Of a stretch of DNA of 64,000 nt, positions 9,159 through 18,162 are shown one piece after another. The DNA lies in the sequence record SRR31156797_961; one strand, written 5' to 3'. How positions within the stretch are numbered: position 1 is the stretch's first letter; each line of letters begins with the position of its first letter. A program made the position numbers and the translations under genes. The notes beneath the pieces were generated by a model, which saw nothing but the letters and a program-made list of their open reading frames with translations, searched no databases and was not told the DNA's origin.

Positions 9159-11504
9159 TTAGTTTTTGATCAGTCTCTCTGTGCTGATGCCAAAATCGCC
9201 AACAATTTTTACAACATAAACACCGGTTTCAAAATCGCGGATGTCAATCGCTTCATTTTGCTGATCAATTTGGCGTTCAAACACTTTTTGTCCATTCAGG
9301 TTGAAAATTTGCAAAGTGCTTCCCAGGGTACAATGCGGACAACTGATGTTCAATTCAGTAGTAGCAGGATTTGGATAAACTCGCAACCTGCTTTCCGGCT
9401 GACCAATTTCTCCGATGTTTGTGATTGTTTCGATTTCAACTTCCCTGCAAAAGGTTGAGGTTTCGCCCGTAAAAAGATCACTTACTGTAAGGCACACATT
9501 ATGCGTACCGGTTTGTGAAAAGTTATGCACGGGGTGCTGCATCGTAGAAGTGGTTCCATCACCAAACTCCCAGAAAAAGTTTACAGCATTGCCCAGGCTG
9601 CCGTCGATAAACTGTACCTCCGATTCTGTTTCAAATTCGTAGGTGAACCAGGATGCAAACGACAGGTTCTGGCCTTCGCCTACAAGCACCATATCGCATG
9701 AAACACTTGTACATCCGGTTAAAGGATCCACCACGATGAGGCAGACATCATACATGCCGCCAACTTCGTAAGTATGAACCGGGTTTGGGATTTGGGCAGC
9801 ATTCCCATCACCGAAATCCCAGATGTACAATACGCTGTCGCCTTCAAATTCGGGTGTAAATGCTACGGTGAGTTCATCAATTTCAAATGTAAATTCCGCG
9901 GAGCAGTCCAATTCATCAACAACCACTTCCTGGCAAAACTGATCATTGCAGTCCAAAGATTCATTAATTATTGTAAGGCAAACGGTGTAAACACCAAATT
10001 CATCGTACACATGTTCTGGGTTTAACTCATTTGAGAAATTGCCATCACCAAAATCCCAAATTAGAGTGTCTGCCGGCACATTGCTCTGGTCGATAAACTG
10101 GATGGTGTTTTCGCCTGACTGGTAATAACTGAAATCAGCCTCACATTGCGGATCACCAACTACAATTTGGGTGCAATAATAATCGTAGCAAAATTGAACT
10201 TCATCATAAATGGCCAGGCAAACTTCGTAATAACCGGCCTCGGCATAGGTATGTTCGGGGTCAATGTCAAACGAGTTATTGCCATCACCAAAATACCAGT
10301 ACATATATGGATCGCTTCCTGTGGAGAGGTTGGTAAAATTCACGGTCAGATTGTTGATCTCATAGGTAAAATCAGCACTGCAGGGTATGGAGTCGATGAA
10401 AACAGTTGCGCAATACTGGTCTTCACAATCGGGGTTTCCCGGATCAGAAATCGTGAGACATACCTCAAATTCACCTTCTTCATCATAAGTATGGATGGGT
10501 GAATATTGTGTGGAAGTGTTACCATCGCCAAAATCCCAAAAAGCTTCCGTGAAATTTCCGGTGGAAAGATTTGAGAAATAAACCGAATTTATCCCAAGGC
10601 TGTCTTCAAGCACAAAATAGTTGAAATTGGCTTCACAGGGGATGTCTCCCACCTCGATATCATAACAAAAACTGTTTTCGCAGCCAGTTGCAGCATCAGT
10701 GATCAGCAGGCAAACACCATAAATGCCGGGTTCAGCATAGGTGTGTGCCGGATTTTCTTCGGCAGAAGTAACACCATCACCAAACTCCCAGAGGTATTCC
10801 AAATTCAGTCCAACGGAGAGGTTTTCGAAACTAACGGTGAGGTCATCCATCGTGTACTCAAAATAAGCAACACAGGTTGTAGTATCGAAAGTAACCGTTT
10901 GCATGGTTGTGTCGTTGCAATTATCATCGCCGGCAATGATCATCATCACATCAAACGGCCCGCCCGAAGTGTATGTGTGAGTGGGGTTTTGTTCTGTGGA
11001 GGTATTGCCATCGCCAAAATCCCAGAGCCATGAGGTGGGGTTGCCCTGAGATTCATCTCCAAAATACACGGTAAAATCCCACTGATAATAATCAAACATG
11101 GCAACACAGGGAATTTCTCCCACTTCAACCTGTTCCACTGCAACGCTTACACATTCAGGATCCTGGGAAAAAATATTCAGGATCACGGTGTAAATTCCGG
11201 GCTCAGGGTAAGTATGGACGGGGTTCGCTTCAGTGCTCGTTGTTCCGTCGTCAAATCCCCAGATGTATTCCAGGTTGTTTCCAATAGACTCATCAAAGAA
11301 TGAAACAGTCAAAGTTTCATCATCAACTTCAAAGGAAAATGCTGCCTGGCAATCCAGGGAATCAGAATCCAAAAGGTGGTTTGGGTTTTCCAACCCCGGC
11401 ACACCGGCGTTCATTTGCATATTGTTTTCTGTGGAAAAAGCGGAACCGAGTGTTATCAATCCAAAGGCTAAAAACAAAGCGGTAACATTTCGTATTGTTG
11501 TCAT
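9159..11504 (-). CDS. T9SS-secreted protein with 8 Cys-rich PKD repeats (same architecture as 1017..3629)
   Basis: Signal peptide; eight WxF(G/D)DG repeats; C-terminal VYPNP...GVYVVK...ERLIK sorting domain. Confidence 0.9.
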   Translation of the reverse strand: MTTIRNVTALFLAFGLITLGSAFSTENNMQMNAGVPGLENPNHLLDSDSLDCQAAFSFEVDDETLTVSFFDESIGNNLEYIWGFDDGTTSTEANPVHTYPEPGIYTVILNIFSQDPECVSVAVEQVEVGEIPCVAMFDYYQWDFTVYFGDESQGNPTSWLWDFGDGNTSTEQNPTHTYTSGGPFDVMMIIAGDDNCNDTTMQTVTFDTTTCVAYFEYTMDDLTVSFENLSVGLNLEYLWEFGDGVTSAEENPAHTYAEPGIYGVCLLITDAATGCENSFCYDIEVGDIPCEANFNYFVLEDSLGINSVYFSNLSTGNFTEAFWDFGDGNTSTQYSPIHTYDEEGEFEVCLTISDPGNPDCEDQYCATVFIDSIPCSADFTYEINNLTVNFTNLSTGSDPYMYWYFGDGNNSFDIDPEHTYAEAGYYEVCLAIYDEVQFCYDYYCTQIVVGDPQCEADFSYYQSGENTIQFIDQSNVPADTLIWDFGDGNFSNELNPEHVYDEFGVYTVCLTIINESLDCNDQFCQEVVVDELDCSAEFTFEIDELTVAFTPEFEGDSVLYIWDFGDGNAAQIPNPVHTYEVGGMYDVCLIVVDPLTGCTSVSCDMVLVGEGQNLSFASWFTYEFETESEVQFIDGSLGNAVNFFWEFGDGTTSTMQHPVHNFSQTGTHNVCLTVSDLFTGETSTFCREVEIETITNIGEIGQPESRLRVYPNPATTELNISCPHCTLGSTLQIFNLNGQKVFERQIDQQNEAIDIRDFETGVYVVKIVGDFGISTERLIKN

Positions 11505-11706
11505 GGTGCTATAATTGTGTAAGTATGATTTTTATTGACCTATCAGTTAGACAATTAATTCACCAAAAGGTTGTCTGGAAAAGTGAACTTCAAAGTGAAA
11601 AAGTCTTAAAATCAGGAATTCATATAATAATTAAAAATCTTTCGATTCCCAATTCCCTGTATTTTTGCATGATCTCATAAAATACAAATACTGACAAATT
11701 CAATCT

Positions 11707-12132
11707 ATGAAGCCTAAAACCCTCAATGACTTCCCACTCCAATCTTACGACAAAATCCGATATGCCGACACGGACCGGCAAGGCCATGTGAATAACGCCG
11801 TTTTTTCAACCTTTTTTGAAACCGGAAGGGCAGAACTGCTTCTCAACACAAAACAGATCATTTTTCCTGCAGGGACAAGCTATGTAATTGCTGCACTCAA
11901 TATGAATTATCTCAAAGAAATCCATTGGCCGGGTAAGGTGGATATCGGCACCGGGATTATAAAAATCGGGAGTAGTTCCATTAAAATTTTTCAGCAGTTA
12001 TTTCAGGATGAGATTTGTGTTGCCGATTCTGAAACTGTGATTGTGCAGATGAATGATGAAACGGGTAAAAGCAAACCGCTTTCAAACGAAGCCAGGGAAA
12101 TCTTCTCTGCATTTTTATTGGAGGGGTTTTGA
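11707..12132 (+). CDS. Acyl-CoA thioesterase (4HBT/YbgC hot-dog fold)
   Basis: RYADTDRQGHVNNA motif. Confidence 0.9.
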   Translation: MKPKTLNDFPLQSYDKIRYADTDRQGHVNNAVFSTFFETGRAELLLNTKQIIFPAGTSYVIAALNMNYLKEIHWPGKVDIGTGIIKIGSSSIKIFQQLFQDEICVADSETVIVQMNDETGKSKPLSNEAREIFSAFLLEGF

Positions 12133-12181
12133 AATTTACCACTGAGGCACTAAGTGCACTGAGGTTTACTAAGGTAATGAA

Positions 12182-12214
12182 ACTCATACGATGACTCAAA
12201 GTCATCGTATGAGT
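12182..12214. repeat. REP-like perfect palindrome (15-bp arms)
   Basis: ACTCATACGATGACT-CAA-AGTCATCGTATGAGT; near-identical copy at 57348..57380 and a half copy at 3700..3712. Confidence 0.8.
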
Positions 12215-12395
12215 AGCAAAATGCTATAGGACCTCAAGCCAGGCCCTTCTCCCCAAGGAGAAGGGATTTCCTGTGCACCAGCTAACAGGTTGAATTTAAA
12301 AACCATCTAAATATTTGAAAGAGATCCTTTGTGTCAATCTACTGGCCTGTGTGTGAGGAATTCTCCTCCTGTTGGAGGAGATTTAGAGGAGGTCT

Positions 12396-14204
12396 CTAAT
12401 CAACAGCCTTCCTGAAAACAACAACCTTCATATTGTCATCCAACCATTCGTTGATGATCTCACGCAATTCAGGATAAATATCGGGCTGAATTACTTTGGT
12501 GTTCAGGGAAAGCTCACGTTTGACCACCACCTTGTTTTTCTTTGGGCTGATCTCGATCTTTACGGCACCGGCCTTGTTTTTTATACTTACGGCATCTTTA
12601 ACGCTCACAAATTCATAGCCTTCAGGTATCTCAATTTCCAATGAATAGCTTTCATCCAGTGTAAACGGCAACACAAAAGCATCCTGCCTGTGGCTGCTGA
12701 GGTAGCTGATGTGCCAGCTGCTGAATCCGGTCTTCATTTTCGGGAGTTTAAAACCATAAAAGCCCATATCATCTTTTACCGCTTCCTCTTTTGAAACAGT
12801 GAGGATAGCTTCCAGTTTGTCGGGGTTGGCATTGTCAACTTTTACTTCTGTAACCAAATCGCCTGAAACTTTGCCAGCAAGTTTTTGATTGTCTTTTTCC
12901 ACGGCTATAAATGGATTTGCTGCCCCGGTGAGTGATGCTTCCATGGAGCCTGTCAGTTCCATTTCCCCCGAAAATTTTAGTTCACCTGAAAGATCAATGG
13001 ATGTGCGGGCTGCCGATGGAGTGATGATGGAGAAATCAGCATTTTTATATAGTGGGGCAACCACATATCCCGGCGAGGTATAGGCCAGCGATTGATCATT
13101 CATTTTATTTACTGTCAGGTAAAGTGTGCCGTGGTTTTTGGTGTTCACCATTACGCCGGCAAGGTGGAATTGCATAAGGTTTCCAATGTTCTTGTCGTAG
13201 AATTGGGCAGGAGCAGTCAGAACCGGTGTGGCACTGAAATCCGCTGCCTCTAAAAGTGCTGACAGCAGAATGGCTTTCTCCAGTTCGTTGCCGCAGTTGC
13301 TGTTCCAAACTTCTTCGGGTGTTCTCACCCTGTAAGCAGTCCAGTCCAGTTGGGCTCGGTCGGTTTTCATATTGTTCACCACCTCATCCTGGATGGCCAG
13401 CATGGTTTTGATTTCCGCTTCTTCATCCTTTTGTTCGGTAGCGAAATTGCGCATCTCATCATTCAGTTTATAATCGAAAGCCTTTTGTCGGGTAACCCAA
13501 TCGAAAACAACACCCGGCTTTTTCTCCGTGCTGAAACTCAGTCTTGGAACTCCGGGCAATGTTCCCCTGAAGCTTTCTTTACCGGAAGCATCCAGCCCTT
13601 TAAAAGTCCAGGTATAAACCTTTTCGCTGCCCACCACCATGATTTCGGGTGCTGTGCGCAGGTTGAACATTTTATGGTAGAGCTCCATATCCACTGGCAG
13701 CTTAATCACGATTTCCATCGCATTTACCGGTGAGGATTCCTGGATAACCTCATCCGCCATCAGTGCCGGCCAGAAGCCTGCTTTGGTAGTGAGCGTGTAA
13801 CCCAGGAAAATGGTGGCGCCTACCTCAAGGCCGGTGTGTGTTACCACCATTTCGCGCAGGTGGTTGAAAGTGGAGGAGTGCGCTGCTCCGCGTGGCAAAA
13901 CCTCGTTAAAGGCATTATCCGGAGCCACGATCTTTTTGCCGTCCGCCATGATGGTGTATGCTTCATTGATTTCCAGCTCCTGGAAATCCGGGTTGTAAAT
14001 GATGAAGGTTTCGCCATACAACCGGTTAAAAGCAACATGGGTTTGCAGTTTCAATTGTTTGAAATACTGATAGCTCATGCTGCCGTCCTCGTTGAGTGTG
14101 TAAGTTTTGGTGATCTTCTCAAAAACGGCATCCGCATTTTCATTTTGTGCAAAAGCCGATGTGCAGATGATTGCTGTAATAATGATGATTATATATTTCT
14201 TCAT
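12396..14204 (-). CDS. DUF3857/DUF3858-type transglutaminase-like protein, catalytic Cys apparently absent
   Basis: Signal peptide; DUF3857-like N-terminus (GLEVGATI). Has GNELEKA where the neighbour has GVCKDKA. Confidence 0.75.
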   Translation of the reverse strand: MKKYIIIIITAIICTSAFAQNENADAVFEKITKTYTLNEDGSMSYQYFKQLKLQTHVAFNRLYGETFIIYNPDFQELEINEAYTIMADGKKIVAPDNAFNEVLPRGAAHSSTFNHLREMVVTHTGLEVGATIFLGYTLTTKAGFWPALMADEVIQESSPVNAMEIVIKLPVDMELYHKMFNLRTAPEIMVVGSEKVYTWTFKGLDASGKESFRGTLPGVPRLSFSTEKKPGVVFDWVTRQKAFDYKLNDEMRNFATEQKDEEAEIKTMLAIQDEVVNNMKTDRAQLDWTAYRVRTPEEVWNSNCGNELEKAILLSALLEAADFSATPVLTAPAQFYDKNIGNLMQFHLAGVMVNTKNHGTLYLTVNKMNDQSLAYTSPGYVVAPLYKNADFSIITPSAARTSIDLSGELKFSGEMELTGSMEASLTGAANPFIAVEKDNQKLAGKVSGDLVTEVKVDNANPDKLEAILTVSKEEAVKDDMGFYGFKLPKMKTGFSSWHISYLSSHRQDAFVLPFTLDESYSLEIEIPEGYEFVSVKDAVSIKNKAGAVKIEISPKKNKVVVKRELSLNTKVIQPDIYPELREIINEWLDDNMKVVVFRKAVD

Positions 14205-14293
14205 GTCTTACTAACTTTTATATGTGTATTTGTTATCCGAAAACAGTTAATCCTTTGATACCAAACAATTAACGAATAACCAATAACGATTAA

Positions 14294-16246
14294 CTATTTA
14301 TAAAGGACGATTGGTGTTTTCGCCAGATCCTGTTGCGATTCCACCACCTGTTTCACGTCGTTCCAGTCGGATGGTTCATAAATCCGTTTTTCCAGTATGA
14401 TCTCCTGTTCCATTTCCAGGCTGTTGCCCTTCAGGTTTACAGAAGCCTCATAAGCGGCGTTTACACCATCCAGATCAACATAAACCGGTTCGTTTATCAT
14501 CGAATAACCTTCCGGCACGGTAACGGTTTCTTTCAGATTCACCATGCGGCTGCAGCGGTCGCGGAATCCGTATTCGCGTTCTTCGAGGTCGGTGTTCAGG
14601 TAGAGGTGCGACTGGCCACGTGAGAAAATATTGCTGGCCACGAACGGCACAAACGAGATTTTACCATCGCCCACAAAGGCATAATCCGGAATGCGGTATT
14701 TTACCGTGATCTCGATGGGGCCTGCCATATGGTTGTAAGGGTTATTACCATAGTCCATGCTGATGATCTCAGCCTTGGGGTTGATACGCAGAAACTCCGA
14801 TTCCAGGTTTTTCTCCCACTCCGATTTGTATGCCCTTGTGAACATACCCCGGATGGAAGCATCGGTCTGGCCCTCTGCGGTGATGTAAACCTCACCTTCA
14901 AGGGTCCCGTCTTCCTTGACTTCCGAAGTTCCGGTAATTTTCAGGTAGTGGTTCTCAGGTTCCGAAACCGGGGTGATCATCAGGTCGGCGCCCTCGGGAA
15001 TTCCCATGAGGTAGTTTTGCTGCTGCTCGGCGCTGGACCACAGCTCACGTACAAAAGGCACCCATGTTGGGTCAAGCAGGTGGTATTTGCCATCTGAGAG
15101 TTTCACAACCGTAACACTGTGGTTGAACTGGTCGGCGGGTATGTCTTCGATGCGCGATCCGGCCATGGTCATGGCGGGGTACGACTCAAACTCTGCAGCG
15201 CGCAGGAAAGCCACCAACAGGCTGGCCTTGTCTTTGCACACACCACAGCGGTCGGTGAAGTTCATCTCTGCATTGTGGAGTGTGTAGCCTTCGCCGGGGC
15301 CCATGGAGATGCCGGAATAGCGCATGTTGTCGGCCACCCAGTGGGTGAGGATCGACACACTGTCCATCTCTGTTTTGGCATCCTTCAACAGGTCATCCAC
15401 AAACTCCTCCACTTCCGGGGTGGGGTCGAAGGCATTGTAATCTTCGTTCACGCCATAAAACCACAGCGACTTGGCCTCCCAGTCGGGGCTGGTGGATAGC
15501 AGCAGCTTGGGTGCCACATCTGATGCCGCCACCATATTGGGCTCAGTCTTCAGTGGCTCGATGTTGGTTTTGGTAAACGTGTATATGGTACGGTCTTCGG
15601 CAAAGCGCATCGACGACCGGCACTCGCCATGGTAAAATTCAAACTGCATCACTTTGTCGGCGGGCATGTTCACCACGTAGGTTTTTTCAAGCATATGGTG
15701 GTTGCTCCAGAAAGGCACGATATCATAAAAGTGGCCACGCATGGGCGGGATGAAACGCTCCTCATCCTCCTCCTGCATCAGCAGCGCGTAGGTGAATCCT
15801 TTTTTAAACAGCTTTACCTCCACGGCATCGCCGGGTTCCAGCCTGCCCACCTCGATCAGCTGTTCGCGGGCACCCCAGTAGATCATGCGTGCCGGTGCCG
15901 GGTAGTCTTTGGTTTCCGACAGGTCGAGTTCTTCAACGGACCCGTCCTTGCGGTAGATTTTCACCATACGGATCTCCACGTATGCCGACAGCGGATCGTA
16001 GCCATACTCGATCACGCGCTTATCCAGTGCACCTTTTTTATTGAGAATTTTAAACAACTGGTGGGTGTAGAAATACCCCAGGCCGGTTTCCTGCACATCC
16101 ACATGTGTGCTGTCGAACACCGTGATAAAATTGCTGCCCGGGTAATCATCCGCATTGCCGGTGGTTTCCAGCAACGCTTCCACAGGGCCGGCCATCAAAA
16201 TTAGCCCTGCAAACAAGCATGTTAGCGATAAAAGCAGTTTCTTCAT
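14294..16246 (-). CDS. DUF3857 + transglutaminase-like domain protein
   Basis: Likely start 16246 (MKKLLLS). Putative triad: GVCKDKA (Cys), FNHSV (His), LDPT (Asp). Confidence 0.85.
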   Translation of the reverse strand: MKKLLLSLTCLFAGLILMAGPVEALLETTGNADDYPGSNFITVFDSTHVDVQETGLGYFYTHQLFKILNKKGALDKRVIEYGYDPLSAYVEIRMVKIYRKDGSVEELDLSETKDYPAPARMIYWGAREQLIEVGRLEPGDAVEVKLFKKGFTYALLMQEEDEERFIPPMRGHFYDIVPFWSNHHMLEKTYVVNMPADKVMQFEFYHGECRSSMRFAEDRTIYTFTKTNIEPLKTEPNMVAASDVAPKLLLSTSPDWEAKSLWFYGVNEDYNAFDPTPEVEEFVDDLLKDAKTEMDSVSILTHWVADNMRYSGISMGPGEGYTLHNAEMNFTDRCGVCKDKASLLVAFLRAAEFESYPAMTMAGSRIEDIPADQFNHSVTVVKLSDGKYHLLDPTWVPFVRELWSSAEQQQNYLMGIPEGADLMITPVSEPENHYLKITGTSEVKEDGTLEGEVYITAEGQTDASIRGMFTRAYKSEWEKNLESEFLRINPKAEIISMDYGNNPYNHMAGPIEITVKYRIPDYAFVGDGKISFVPFVASNIFSRGQSHLYLNTDLEEREYGFRDRCSRMVNLKETVTVPEGYSMINEPVYVDLDGVNAAYEASVNLKGNSLEMEQEIILEKRIYEPSDWNDVKQVVESQQDLAKTPIVLYK

Positions 16247-16511
16247 TGTTGTAAATTTTGGTTTAAAAATCTGGGAGTAAAAATAGGGAAAATTGAAGTA
16301 GCAGGGAAGGTAATTTGCTTCTCTTCGCTCAGTGTAATTTATGCTCGCGTTGCTCACATGTAATTTGCCCCACTGCGTTCGGCGCAATGCGTGGTCATTT
16401 TAAAATTAGTCGCTTTTTTATGCAGTGGCTGGGTGTAGCACCTGCCTTGCCCTCGCAGCGGCCACAGCATGTGACAAGCCGGGTATGCTACGTCACAGAG
16501 AGGTAATATCT

Positions 16512-17396
16512 CTAATGAATCTGGTTACTTTTCTCCGATTCAAACTCCTTTAATGTTGTGCCATATTTGAGTTTCCATTCTGAAAGTCCGTTTGCGCTCC
16601 GACCCATTACTATAATTGCTGCAGTTGATGGACTAGAAAAAACATGGTCCTCTGTGAAAATCATCTTTCCGTTTTGATTGCCAATTACTCCATTGTCGAT
16701 AAATTGATTTCTTAATCGCTTAAAACTTTCAGGAAAGGATGGTACAGTTGGATTGGCAACTTTCGAACCTTGAAATACCACAAATCCATCTGATGTTGGC
16801 TCACCCTGCGCATTAGCGCCCCTGGCTGCCTTAATGAAGAATGTTTCCTGGTCTTGCTCCAAGGGTGATTTTATTTCTCTTTTTTCCTCAAAAACTTTAT
16901 GCCCGAGTGTGTTAATCAGAATTCGGATATTACCAATGAACTCCTCCATTTCAGCCCTGTCTGATTCGGCAATTGAAGACTGAGTAGGGATTGTTGTATT
17001 ATCAATCTGGTAGCGATTTACCGTATTTGCAATGTCATATAATCGATTTTCCAGGTATTTGATGTGTGCTTTATTCAGGTTTTCATCCTTGCTGATGAAA
17101 ACGATGGCCTCATTCCAGAAATCCTTTTGTGTAAGGTGTTGCGTTAGTCGTTTGTAAACAGTTTCTGCTTCACCAATATAAACCAGATCTTTCCCCATTT
17201 CATCTTTACCAAAAAGCAGATAAACCCCCGGATTCATCAAATCCTCCCTGTCAGTACAATCTTTTACTTTGATTCTTGGAATCTTGTAAGCCTTGCCTGT
17301 CCAGTTCGATAGTTCGCAGGTCATTCTGCCGTTTGGCTCACCGTCAATCAGGAATAATTTTATTGTTTTGCCGTATTTCAAATTTAATATGGTCAT
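16512..17396 (-). CDS. GIY-YIG nuclease with C-terminal DUF4357-like domain
   Basis: GVYLL...VYIGEA...RL.QH, YLE, and C-terminal FSSPSTAA...GRSANG..EWK. Confidence 0.85.
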   Translation of the reverse strand: MTILNLKYGKTIKLFLIDGEPNGRMTCELSNWTGKAYKIPRIKVKDCTDREDLMNPGVYLLFGKDEMGKDLVYIGEAETVYKRLTQHLTQKDFWNEAIVFISKDENLNKAHIKYLENRLYDIANTVNRYQIDNTTIPTQSSIAESDRAEMEEFIGNIRILINTLGHKVFEEKREIKSPLEQDQETFFIKAARGANAQGEPTSDGFVVFQGSKVANPTVPSFPESFKRLRNQFIDNGVIGNQNGKMIFTEDHVFSSPSTAAIIVMGRSANGLSEWKLKYGTTLKEFESEKSNQIH

Positions 17397-17423
17397 GCCG
17401 AATGTATCTGATTAGAATAAATT

Positions 17424-18161
17424 TTAACGATCTTTTGGGTGGTTATCTTTTATTGCTGTAGTGTAACTTATGGAAATCCCAATTCTTATTCCTGACCAAT
17501 CTGGTTTATAAGTATCACCTGTATTCATATTTTGCAATATATAGTCTTTGTTTTTATCTGCATAAAACGCCTGATCACCAAACTGGAGATTGTAGCCCAG
17601 GTTCAATGCAAAGTGAATTTTCGGCAAAGGATATACAATTGATAATCCGGGTTCAACATAATAATTTTGCCCGTCATAGTTTTGACTTTCATCGATAAGC
17701 CTTTCCGGATAAACATTAAGAAATTCGTTCAGTTCCAGTTTGGAAAGTATAATTCCACCCGTAACCTGTGCTTTGAATCCTATCCGGCCGATTGTAGCGG
17801 GGTGGTATCCCACATACAGGCCTGGTGTTTGAGATCTCACCCGTGAATCGAAATGATATTCTCCCGAATAATCTTTTGCCGATATCCTGGAACCCGTGGA
17901 TTGAAAACTATATACAACACCTGTTTCGAAACGGCTGATTTTAATGCCTGCCTTCGGCCTGAAATACCAGTACATCGGAAAATCATTAACCAGCTTTATA
18001 TTAAGTGGAATCCCTTCCTTTACAACATCGTTCAGGTCCTTCAGATCAGCCATGGTATAGCTTCCCAGGCCCTGCTCATATTCCAAAATCAGTTCCTGCG
18101 AGCGAATATAGTTAATGCTAAAAAATATTATTACCGTAAAAAGAATAGCACGTACCGTCAT
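17424..18161 (-). CDS. Hypothetical outer-membrane beta-barrel protein
   Basis: Signal-peptide-like N-terminus, amphipathic beta strands, WSGIRIGISISY near the C-terminus; starts 1 bp after the stop of the preceding gene. Confidence 0.6.
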   Translation of the reverse strand: MTVRAILFTVIIFFSINYIRSQELILEYEQGLGSYTMADLKDLNDVVKEGIPLNIKLVNDFPMYWYFRPKAGIKISRFETGVVYSFQSTGSRISAKDYSGEYHFDSRVRSQTPGLYVGYHPATIGRIGFKAQVTGGIILSKLELNEFLNVYPERLIDESQNYDGQNYYVEPGLSIVYPLPKIHFALNLGYNLQFGDQAFYADKNKDYILQNMNTGDTYKPDWSGIRIGISISYTTAIKDNHPKDR

Positions 18162-18162
18162 A

